From: an uncultured Bacteroidales bacterium
GTDB taxonomy: Bacteria; Bacteroidota; Bacteroidia; Bacteroidales; P3
Length of the DNA: 64,000 nt
Assembly: GCA_900318665.1 (NCBI GenBank)
Contig: ONLQ01000003.1
Location: 12,387 to 76,386 of the forward strand
Direction: 5' to 3'
Shown: positions 29,111-37,270 of the stretch, piece after piece
Numbering within the stretch: position 1 is the first letter of the stretch
Layout: each line of letters opens with the position of its first letter
Notes under the pieces: generated by a model
What the model saw: only the letters and a program-made list of their open reading frames with translations
What the model was told of the DNA's origin: nothing
Databases searched by the model: none
Position numbers and translations under genes: made by a program

Positions 29111-31378
29111 ATGAATACTAATAGAATAACACAAGAAGAATTATTATCTTCTGTAATTCAATTCGAGAAGAATAAGAACAATGCAGAATTTGTCAGTCGA
29201 TTGCATGACGACAACTATTTATACAAATTCAAAGGTTCAAGAAAAGAGAAGATAGTTATTGTCATGCTAGATTCTCTGGATTTCATTGACCGGATGATTC
29301 ACCAACTGGAAATAGCCAAAGATTATATAGTTATTAATACGAACTATACTGATATCATTGAAGTGTTTACTACAGCCATCCTTCCTGAGTCTAAGATATC
29401 GGAACTGGAGAAGCCATTAGCGACAGAAGACCTGTCTCTTTCAGTTAATGATCTGATAAGTATAGAAGAGCGAAATGAATTCGCTTCATTGTTTATAACG
29501 GAGAACATGAGTATGAGTGAATCCGAAATTGCCCCTGCGGTTTATGACTATCTTGCTATGAGCAATGAATCATCCGATATTAAGAACCTATTTTTCTATG
29601 CTTTACTGCTAATGGATATATATCGACATCAACCGGTTGAAGAAAGATCTTTTATCGATGATAGTAGTAAAAAATATAATAAGAGTGAGTTGGAGATACA
29701 GCGTGCTATTAAAAAGATGAGAAGTGATGGAAAAATAACTCCATTACAAAAAGGTAATGTATTCAGTTTGAGTGATAGTGAGCAACGCGCTATCGATAAA
29801 TCGATAAAAGACTCCCGTGCTACGGAGCAGCAATTCCTTATGAAATATAATGAGATTTTGGACAAATATCAGGTGTCTTGGGGTGAGGATATTCTTGAAA
29901 AACTAAAGAACGAGTATCTTCTAAAATATAATGGATTGTATGGTGACGAACAAACAAATGGAACAGATAAGAATGGAGATAATACTAGTTTTGAACAATT
30001 CCTGACCGAAAAATTAGGAAACATTTCGCAAACATTTCTTGAGGAACTATATGGGTTGTGTGACAATACGGACTACCTTGATCAATATGCTCTAAATCAA
30101 TCATTTTTCAACCTTTTTTGTTCTCCAAAGTATGAAGAATATTTGAGTAAAAAAAATATTTATATTTACCTTGACACTCCTGTGATTTCAAATTACATTT
30201 GTTCGAAGAGCGAATATCCAAATGATTACAATTTAGAATTAAATAATCCAGACTATCAGAACGCTTTGGATCTCTTTGGTTATCAGGAAGAGAATGATGA
30301 CAAAATAAGTTTTGTTGTCCCTCATGATTATCTCCTGGAAACAGTCGGTGAATTAAAAAAAGCCTTACAGCTATCTTGGTTCGACCAAATACAGGATGCC
30401 CCGATAAAAATGCAAACATCCAATGTTTTCTACAATTTTTATTGTTCAATTAGGGATGAAAAGAAGATTCGCGAGGAAGATATTTCTGGATTTAGTTTTG
30501 AACAATTTGTCAAAACATTAGGTTTTGGAGAAGTCAATCCAGATGCAAATACTTTTATGAAGAAAAACGTCACTAATATGAGGTATTTCCTTAAAAAAAT
30601 GGGAGTTGAAACACTAGATATTGTGGACGGTTATTTTGATGGCTTTGATAAGGTGAAAGTTAGTTATGAATGGGAGTTACAGGAAAGAGGTCGAGACAAA
30701 ACTAATCTTGCTATTAATGCCGATGTTCGTCAGGCTTTTTATATTACAAAAGAAGCCCTTGAAAATGGTTTAGAGAATACTGAATATTATCTGGTAAGTT
30801 GGGATAACACGTTGTTCAAACTACGCGACATTGTCAAAGATGAATTGGAAATAGCTGGACGCACTTATGGGATATATAAACCAGGAGAATTGGCAGACAA
30901 ACTTGCTTTTCGTAATTTTCGGATTAGTAAGGAGAACGTGAAAAGCGAAGTTTTTGCTTATGCAAACAATAGTTTCAATATGAGTGATAAAATCCGAAGC
31001 CTTTTTGATAACGTGTTAACCCCGTATTTTGCATCGTCTAAAAACAAAAACAGTAAACTCGTTTCCTCTCTGTTGACAATGGAACATTCCCAAATTGATG
31101 GTGGGGTAGAAAAAGAAACGTCTTCAAGAAGTGACAAGACTATGTTTGAAGAAACATTTATCTCAATTGTCATGTCTTTGCCAAAGTATAATTGTACAAA
31201 ACAAAATCTGCGTGATTTCTTGGTTGATGAGAAAAATAATGATTTCATTATCACTACTTTTAAAGAAGCATTCCAGGAAAAAGGGGCGGGCAAGAGCATT
31301 GACATTGCAGACAGATTCTGCAAAGAAATAAAAGACTATGTAAATGTAGTGACTGATGATATTAAATTGTCATTGTGA
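29111..31378 (+). CDS. large hypothetical protein (755 aa), possible PIN-like core in the middle
   Basis: A long uninterrupted ORF 4 nt after the DUF2971 stop, with the same low G+C. I see no Walker A, HEPN or HNH motif. For the acidic-residue pattern, see the finding at 30152-30835. Confidence 0.75.
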   Translation: MNTNRITQEELLSSVIQFEKNKNNAEFVSRLHDDNYLYKFKGSRKEKIVIVMLDSLDFIDRMIHQLEIAKDYIVINTNYTDIIEVFTTAILPESKISELEKPLATEDLSLSVNDLISIEERNEFASLFITENMSMSESEIAPAVYDYLAMSNESSDIKNLFFYALLLMDIYRHQPVEERSFIDDSSKKYNKSELEIQRAIKKMRSDGKITPLQKGNVFSLSDSEQRAIDKSIKDSRATEQQFLMKYNEILDKYQVSWGEDILEKLKNEYLLKYNGLYGDEQTNGTDKNGDNTSFEQFLTEKLGNISQTFLEELYGLCDNTDYLDQYALNQSFFNLFCSPKYEEYLSKKNIYIYLDTPVISNYICSKSEYPNDYNLELNNPDYQNALDLFGYQEENDDKISFVVPHDYLLETVGELKKALQLSWFDQIQDAPIKMQTSNVFYNFYCSIRDEKKIREEDISGFSFEQFVKTLGFGEVNPDANTFMKKNVTNMRYFLKKMGVETLDIVDGYFDGFDKVKVSYEWELQERGRDKTNLAINADVRQAFYITKEALENGLENTEYYLVSWDNTLFKLRDIVKDELEIAGRTYGIYKPGELADKLAFRNFRISKENVKSEVFAYANNSFNMSDKIRSLFDNVLTPYFASSKNKNSKLVSSLLTMEHSQIDGGVEKETSSRSDKTMFEETFISIVMSLPKYNCTKQNLRDFLVDEKNNDFIITTFKEAFQEKGAGKSIDIADRFCKEIKDYVNVVTDDIKLSL

Positions 31379-31520
31379 ACATGTATCATGCCGGGGACAC
31401 AGGGACAGGCACCTGTCCCACACCCGCGAGAGCAAGGGGATAAGTGAAACTGAAGATAAATGATAAAAAATGCGGATGAATGATGTGTAACATTTCCGTT
31501 TTTTGGACATTATTAGAGAT

Positions 31521-31554
31521 TTCCCCACCCCGCCACCAGAACAGATGAGAAATG
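31521..31554 (+). repeat. repeat segment A, copy 1 (ttccccaccccgccaccagaacagatgagaaatg)
   Basis: Near-identical to 33120-33153. In copy 2 it is contiguous with segment B, whereas here it lies ~330 nt away. Confidence 0.8.
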
Positions 31555-31690
31555 TGTAACATAAAGAATTGAAAATTGGGAGTTCCGGGAGTCGAGCGCA
31601 AAGCCAAACTTGCTTGAGCTCTGCCGAGATGCAGGAGCGTTGACGAAGTCAAAATTGAAATTGATGACTGATGGAATATTGACTAAACCA

Positions 31691-31712
31691 CTCTGCACTG
31701 AAAGTGCAGAGG
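31691..31712 (+). repeat. GAAA-tetraloop hairpin, copy 1 (ctctgcact-gaaa-agtgcagag)
   Basis: A 9-bp perfect stem followed by gtttta. The core ctgcactgaaagtgcag is repeated at 31841-31858. Confidence 0.7.
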
Positions 31713-31840
31713 TTTTATAAATGATGCGGAATGAAATTCCTTATTATCTACAAACAAACTTACGAAAAAAACAAACCGAAACATAAACTTAAAATCAAAC
31801 CCCAAGTAACACTATAGACGTTTTTAGAAACTAAAAGTTG

Positions 31841-31858
31841 CTGCACTGAAAGTGCAGG
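31841..31858 (+). repeat. GAAA-tetraloop hairpin, copy 2 (ctgcact-gaaa-agtgcag)
   Basis: The same 17-nt core as copy 1, in direct orientation 150 nt downstream. Confidence 0.7.
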
Positions 31859-31880
31859 GATTTAACCGTAAAATATTAAA

Positions 31881-32038
31881 AAATGAAAATTGAGAATTGA
31901 AAAAAAACATCAGCTGACGCTCTGCAAACCGGTGATTCGGAATATGTAAGACTTGTCTCACTAATTCCAGGTGTGTGTTAAAAGGCAACAGAGGAAAATA
32001 GGCCACTATAACAGGTGAAAAAAGAAAAGTGAGAATAC
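31881..32038 (+). repeat. repeat segment B, copy 1 (~150-nt module upstream of rhuM)
   Basis: aaatgaaaattgagaattgaaaaaaa..catc.gctga.gct.tgcaaacc...gacttgtctcact.att.caggtgtgt... aligns by eye at roughly 85% identity with 33148-33287. Confidence 0.75.
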
Positions 32039-32069
32039 AAAAAAATCTGAGTATAATAATATATTGAGT

Positions 32070-33086
32070 ATGAATAAAAATACAAGCATACAATTGGCAT
32101 CGAATGACGAAATGCTGATTTACCAGTCGGAAGATGGGACTATCAAGGTGGATGTGCTGTTTCAAGACGAGACCGTCTGGTTGACAATCGACAATATGTG
32201 TATGCTGTTCGGGAAGGCCCGCTCAACAATCAATGAACATATTCTGAATGTCTTCAGTGAAGGAGAACTGGAAGAATCGAAGAGTGTGAGAAAAATCGGT
32301 ATTTCCGATTTTTCCACCAAACCTACTAATTTCTACAATCTTGACGTCATCATTTCAGTAGGCTATCGCGTGAAGTCGCACCAAGGTACTTTGTTCCGTA
32401 TCTGGGCCACACAACGTCTGCACGAATATATCATCAAGGGTGTGGCGTTGAACGACGAGCGTTTCAAGAAGGGCAACTCGATGAACTACTTCAAGGAATT
32501 GCTGGAACGCATCCGTGAGATACGCCTGTCGGAACGGGTCTTCTACCAACAGATTAAAGACATCTACAAGACCAGTATTGACTATGACCCTGCTGACGAG
32601 ATGACGCTGCAGTTCTTCAAAGAGGTGCAGAACAAACTGTTGTGGGCCGTAAGCGGGCAGACAGCTGCAGAACTGATATACTACCGGGCCAACGCCTCGT
32701 TGCCAATGATGGGCCTGACCTCAACGGAAAATACCGGCAAGGTGCTGAAATCGGACGTGAGTATAGGAAAAAACTATCTGAATGAGGACGAGATGAAGGT
32801 CTTGAAACTCATCGTCGAACAGTTTCTGGCCTTTGCCGAAGCCCAAGCCGCGTCCCACACCCCTATGTATATGCGTGACTGGATGGAATATTTGAAGATG
32901 GTGCTCACGATGAACCGCAAGTCTATCCTAGCCGATGCCGGACGAATCTCGCACCATATGGCCATTGAAAAAGCCGAATCGGAGTACGACAAATACAAGA
33001 ATACCCAACGCCAGATAGAGCATCTGGAAAGCATCAAGGAACTGGAAGCCGACATCTATCGATTGAAGAAAGATAATGAATCTTGA
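32070..33086 (+). CDS. rhuM: RhuM family (Virulence_RhuM) protein
   Basis: LIYQSEDGTIKVDVLFQDETVWLTIDNMCMLFGKARSTINEHILNVF...YNLDVIISVGYRVKSHQGTLFRIWATQRL is a strong RhuM signature. I chose the ATG at 32070 over the TTG at 32064. Confidence 0.85.
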   Translation: MNKNTSIQLASNDEMLIYQSEDGTIKVDVLFQDETVWLTIDNMCMLFGKARSTINEHILNVFSEGELEESKSVRKIGISDFSTKPTNFYNLDVIISVGYRVKSHQGTLFRIWATQRLHEYIIKGVALNDERFKKGNSMNYFKELLERIREIRLSERVFYQQIKDIYKTSIDYDPADEMTLQFFKEVQNKLLWAVSGQTAAELIYYRANASLPMMGLTSTENTGKVLKSDVSIGKNYLNEDEMKVLKLIVEQFLAFAEAQAASHTPMYMRDWMEYLKMVLTMNRKSILADAGRISHHMAIEKAESEYDKYKNTQRQIEHLESIKELEADIYRLKKDNES

Positions 33087-33119
33087 CAATGGATGCATAA
33101 CACATGTTGTTCCCCACCC

Positions 33120-33287
33120 CGCCACCAGAACAGGTGAAAAATGAAAATTGAGAATTGAAAAAAAGCATCGACTGATGCTTTGCAAACCGACGATTTAGAA
33201 TAGGTACGACTTGTCTCACTGATTTCAGGTGTGTAAAAAAAGCAAGAGGGGAAAGTGGGCCACCAGAATATGTGAGGAATATAACTT
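33120..33287 (+). repeat. repeat segments A+B, copy 2 (contiguous)
   Basis: It starts 34 nt after the rhuM stop and ends at a TAACTTTG box (33282-33289) that precedes the DUF1016 stub. Confidence 0.75.
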
Positions 33288-33303
33288 TGCAAAATATACT
33301 AAC

Positions 33304-33423
33304 ATGAAAGTGCGAAATAATATTCAGCCATCTAATATCTCAAGTTTCATTGCGGATATCAAGCAAATTGTCAATACTGGCAAAATGTCAGCCTCTTCGG
33401 CAGTGAATGCGACGGGTTTATAA
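33304..33423 (+). pseudogene. 39-codon N-terminal stub of a second DUF1016/YhcG-type gene
   Basis: MKVRNNIQPSNISSFIADIKQIVNTGKMSASSAVNATGL* resembles the N-terminus of the gene at 24519 (ITDILFAKISELIDQSRGFVVNAVN). It then stops, and a -7 box lies 15 nt upstream. Confidence 0.45.
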
Positions 33424-33474
33424 TTCTTCCGTGTCTTTACATATTTTCATGAAATTTCATGTACTTTTGCAGTC

Positions 33475-34563
33475 GTGAAAAACACTATTGAGAAACGTAT
33501 TATTGGGTTGATGTCGGGGACTTCGCTTGATGGTCTTGACATTGCTTATTGTCTTTTGCGTTGCGATGAGGAGTTTCGGTATGTCGATTTTGAACTTTTG
33601 GCTGCTGAGACTATTCCCTACCCTGACTCATGGACTAAACGCCTTGCTGGGCTTGTCGATGCCTCAGCCTACGAATATGCGCTGACAGACGTTGAATTAG
33701 GGCATTATATGGGACGCTGCGTTAGAGATTTCCGGCAGCGTCACGAAGGGGCTGTCGATGCCATCGCTTCACACGGCCATACCATCTTTCACCAACCTCA
33801 TCTGAGACTTACCACGCAGATAGGCGATGGCAACGCCATTGCTGCCGAAACAGGCTTGCCCGTGGTCTATAACTTCCGCCAACTGGACGTGGCTCTTGGC
33901 GGCCAGGGCGCACCGCTTGTGCCAATAGGCGACAAACTGCTGTTCGGACAATACGACGGATGCCTTAACCTTGGCGGTTTCAGCAACATTTCTTACGAAA
34001 TCGAAAAACAGCGCATTGCCTACGATGTGTCGCCTTGCAACATGGCGCTGAACTACTTGGCAAATCTAAATCATGTTGTTTTTGACATTGATGGCATGAT
34101 GGCGCGCCAAGGCAAACTAAACGACACTCTTCTTCAACGCTTTAACAGTCTCGACTACTACGGCAAACCGCTACCCAAAAGTCTCGGCAAAGAATGGTTT
34201 GACAGCAAGTTCCGTTCGCTTTTAGACACAAATGACGATTCTACCGAAACCGTAAACAGCCACCTGCGCACCGTGGTAGAGCACATTGCGCAACAAGTAG
34301 GCTTGGCAGTTAAAAACGCAGACTTGCATAGTCTGCTGGTTACTGGCGGTGGGGCAAAGAATGGTTTTCTAATAGAACGCATCAAAGTCTATTCGACACA
34401 ATGCGAGATAGTTGTCCCCAAAAGCGAGATAATAGACTACAAGGAGGCCATAATCTTTGCGCTTTTAGGATTCCTGCGTCTTTACGGAAAGGCCAACTGC
34501 CTACGAAGCGTAACAGGCGCCAGCACTGACAACTGCGGCGGCTGCATTGCAGGGCTTGTCTAA
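33475..34563 (+). CDS. anmK: anhydro-N-acetylmuramic acid kinase
   Basis: 362 aa with a GTG start. IGLMSGTSLDGLDIA, NFRQLDVALGGQGAPLVP and LVTGGGAKN are present. Confidence 0.9.
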   Translation: MKNTIEKRIIGLMSGTSLDGLDIAYCLLRCDEEFRYVDFELLAAETIPYPDSWTKRLAGLVDASAYEYALTDVELGHYMGRCVRDFRQRHEGAVDAIASHGHTIFHQPHLRLTTQIGDGNAIAAETGLPVVYNFRQLDVALGGQGAPLVPIGDKLLFGQYDGCLNLGGFSNISYEIEKQRIAYDVSPCNMALNYLANLNHVVFDIDGMMARQGKLNDTLLQRFNSLDYYGKPLPKSLGKEWFDSKFRSLLDTNDDSTETVNSHLRTVVEHIAQQVGLAVKNADLHSLLVTGGGAKNGFLIERIKVYSTQCEIVVPKSEIIDYKEAIIFALLGFLRLYGKANCLRSVTGASTDNCGGCIAGLV

Positions 34564-34575
34564 CACATAAAAAAG

Positions 34576-34610
34576 AAGGCTATCCGATATTTCGAATAGC
34601 CTTTCTTATT
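34576..34610. terminator. bidirectional stem-loop between convergent anmK and alaS
   Basis: aaggctat / atagcctt is an 8-bp stem flanked by an A-run and a T-rich tail. Confidence 0.5.
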
Positions 34611-34612
34611 TA

Positions 34613-37219
34613 TTATCCCTCAATTATCTGGCGGGCGGCCTCCATTGCCTTTGGCAGACCTTCAAGCAGTTTGCCACCAGCAGTAGCATAAGCGGGCTGA
34701 CCACCGCCACCGCCTTGCATCTCTTTGCCTGCGGTGCGGACAATCTGCCCTGCGTTGAGACCAGCGTCAACACGGTTCTGTCCAAGACAGACCAGCAATG
34801 ACGGTTTGTCGCCATAGCAACTTCCCAAAACGAGAGCCATATCCGGATGGTCGATACGGAGTTGCATTACAGCATCTTTAAGTTGCGATAGGTCGCACTC
34901 AACCTGCTCGGCAAGCACGGGGTTGTCTGCCACACGCTTTGCCAACTGGCAGCAGAATGCCGTTGCCTGCTCGCGGCGGAATGCCTCGACCTGCGAACGC
35001 ATTGCAGCATTCTCTTCCTGCAGTTTAACGATGGCAGCGGGAACGTCCTTGGTGTTTTTCAGCAGTTCGCGCACGGCGTCCATCTGGTCCTGAATACCAT
35101 CAATATAGGCCTCGGCAGCGGCACCCGTCACAGCCTCGATGCGACGCATACCAGCAGCCACAGCGCCTTCGCTCACAATGCGGAACGAACCGATATGGCC
35201 CGTATTGGCAACATGGGTACCGCCACAGAACTCGACGCTCTCGCCAAAACGCACAACACGCACACGCTCGCCGTATTTCTCGCCAAAGAGTGCCATGGCA
35301 CCCAATTTCTGCGCCTCGGCAATAGGCATGGCACGATGCTCGTCGAGTGGAATGGCGCGACGGATGGCCTCATTCACAAGACGTTCGACAGCACGAATCT
35401 CGTCATGCGACAGTTTGGCAAAATGGCTGAAGTCGAAACGCAGACGCTCGGCATCAACGCTGGAACCTTTCTGCTCCACATGAGTGCCAAGCACCTGGCG
35501 CAGCGCGTGGTGCATCAAGTGAGTGGCCGAGTGGTTGCACTCCGTGGCACGACGTGCCTCGACATCGACCGCAGCGGCAAACGTGGCCGACAAATCAGAC
35601 GGCAACTGATTGACGATATGAATGATGAGGTTGTTTTCCTTCTTGGTGTCAACTATCTGTACGGTCTCGCCATCGACAGTCAGAGTGCCGCGGTCGCCGG
35701 CCTGTCCACCACCCTCGCCATAGAACGGGGTCTGGTCGAACACCAACTGATAGAACACCTTGTCTTTGGCTTTCACACGGCGATAGCGCACTATCTGCAC
35801 GTCGGCATTGAGCGTGTCGTAGCCCACAAACTGCTGTTCCACACCTGCATGCAGTTCCACCCAGTCATCGTTCTCCACAGCGGCGGCGGCACGACTGCGG
35901 TCTTTCTGCTCCGACAGCCCTTTCTGGAAGCCCTCCATATCAACCGTCCAGCCCTTCTCGGTAGCCATCAGTTGCGTGAGGTCGATGGGGAAGCCGTAGG
36001 TGTCGAAAAGTTCGAAGGCAAAAGCGCCGTCTATCTCGTGCTTGGCGGCAGAGGCGTTGCGCTCAAGATAGTCGTCGAAACGGCCAATACCGTTGGAGAG
36101 TGTCTTGAGGAATGACTGCTCCTCTTCGCGGATGATATTCTCGATGAGTTGCTGCTGCTTCTGGAGTTCGGGGAACTGATGTCCCATCTGCTCGGTAAGT
36201 TTGGCAACCAGCGTACACATGAACGGCTCTTTGAAGCCGAGGAAGGTGTAGCCGTAGCGCACGGCGCGGCGTAGTATTCGGCGAATGACATAGCCCGCCT
36301 TGGCGTTGGAGGGCAACTGTCCGTCGGCAATAGAGAAACTGACGGCACGCAGGTGGTCGGCACACACGCGCATGGCGATGTCCTTCTGCTCGTCGCCGCC
36401 ATAATGCAAGCCAGCCTTGAGGGCAATCTCTTGGATTAGCGGCTGGAAGACATCGGTGTCGTAATTCGACTTCTTGCCCTGCATCACCATGCAGAGGCGC
36501 TCAAAGCCCATGCCGGTGTCAATATGCTTGGCCTTCAAAGGCTCGAGGGTGCCGTTGGCAAGGCGGTTGTATTGCATGAAAACGAGGTTCCAAATCTCGA
36601 TGACCAGCGGATTGTCTTTATTCACGAGGTCGCGACCTGCCACCTTGGCTTTCTCATCGTCGTCGCGCAGGTCAATATGTATCTCGCTACACGGGCCGCA
36701 GGGACCTTGGTCGCCCATCTCCCAGAAATTGTCTTTCTTGCTGCCACACAGAATGCGGTCCTCTGCCACATGCTCTTTCCAAAAGTCGTAGGCCTCACGG
36801 TCCATCTCCAAACCCTCTTTCTCGTCGCCGCCAAAGACGGTGACATAGAGTTTAGACTTGTCGATACCCATCACCTCGGTGAGGAACTCCCAGCCGTAGG
36901 CAATGGCCTCTTTCTTGAAATAGTCGCCAAACGACCAGTTGCCCAGCATCTCAAACATCGTGTGGTGGTAGGTGTCGTGTCCCACCTCTTCAAGGTCGTT
37001 GTGCTTGCCGCTGACGCGGAGGCATTTCTGCGTGTCGCACACCCTTGGGTACTGTGCAGGCGAGTTGCCAAGGAAGATGTCCTTAAACTGGTTCATACCC
37101 GCATTGGTGAACATCAATGTCGGGTCGCCTTTCACAACCATTGGGGCACTCGGCACCACATGATGCTGTTTAGACTCGAAAAACTTAAGAAATTGCGAAC
37201 GTATTTCGTTGGAGGTCAT
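34613..37219 (-). CDS. alaS: alanine--tRNA ligase
   Basis: 868 aa. FTNAGMNQFK, the HHTFFEMLGNWSFGDYFK-type motif and the C-terminal editing and DHHA1 regions are present. Confidence 0.95.
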   Translation of the reverse strand: MTSNEIRSQFLKFFESKQHHVVPSAPMVVKGDPTLMFTNAGMNQFKDIFLGNSPAQYPRVCDTQKCLRVSGKHNDLEEVGHDTYHHTMFEMLGNWSFGDYFKKEAIAYGWEFLTEVMGIDKSKLYVTVFGGDEKEGLEMDREAYDFWKEHVAEDRILCGSKKDNFWEMGDQGPCGPCSEIHIDLRDDDEKAKVAGRDLVNKDNPLVIEIWNLVFMQYNRLANGTLEPLKAKHIDTGMGFERLCMVMQGKKSNYDTDVFQPLIQEIALKAGLHYGGDEQKDIAMRVCADHLRAVSFSIADGQLPSNAKAGYVIRRILRRAVRYGYTFLGFKEPFMCTLVAKLTEQMGHQFPELQKQQQLIENIIREEEQSFLKTLSNGIGRFDDYLERNASAAKHEIDGAFAFELFDTYGFPIDLTQLMATEKGWTVDMEGFQKGLSEQKDRSRAAAAVENDDWVELHAGVEQQFVGYDTLNADVQIVRYRRVKAKDKVFYQLVFDQTPFYGEGGGQAGDRGTLTVDGETVQIVDTKKENNLIIHIVNQLPSDLSATFAAAVDVEARRATECNHSATHLMHHALRQVLGTHVEQKGSSVDAERLRFDFSHFAKLSHDEIRAVERLVNEAIRRAIPLDEHRAMPIAEAQKLGAMALFGEKYGERVRVVRFGESVEFCGGTHVANTGHIGSFRIVSEGAVAAGMRRIEAVTGAAAEAYIDGIQDQMDAVRELLKNTKDVPAAIVKLQEENAAMRSQVEAFRREQATAFCCQLAKRVADNPVLAEQVECDLSQLKDAVMQLRIDHPDMALVLGSCYGDKPSLLVCLGQNRVDAGLNAGQIVRTAGKEMQGGGGGQPAYATAGGKLLEGLPKAMEAARQIIEG

Positions 37220-37270
37220 GATGATAATTATATATGAATTGTGATTAGTAAATGTGATTAGGCAAATGGA

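Larger units (their letters stand above)
24000..33470 (+). other. accessory genomic island (candidate defence / conflict island), compositionally mosaic
   Basis: It lies between the core genes at 23998 and 33475. It contains pseudogenes, HNH, MTase-HIT, DUF2971, RhuM and repeats. G+C falls to about 25-37% in sampled lines of 28.0-31.4 kb. Confidence 0.7.

Noticed and set aside
31260-31300. A possible Walker A motif (EKGAGKSID) near the C-terminus of the 755-aa protein.
   Set aside because: It does not fit [GA]xxxxGK[ST], because the first position is Q. It sits 25 residues from the end with no room for an ATPase fold, and no Walker B is found.
31386-31652. Small minus-strand ORFs at 31386-31652 and 33056-33292 that share the peptide LFWWRGGE, considered as a conserved micro-protein.
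   Set aside because: The shared peptide simply mirrors the DNA repeat. The ORFs diverge completely outside it, other frames are equally open, and there is no promoter or start context.
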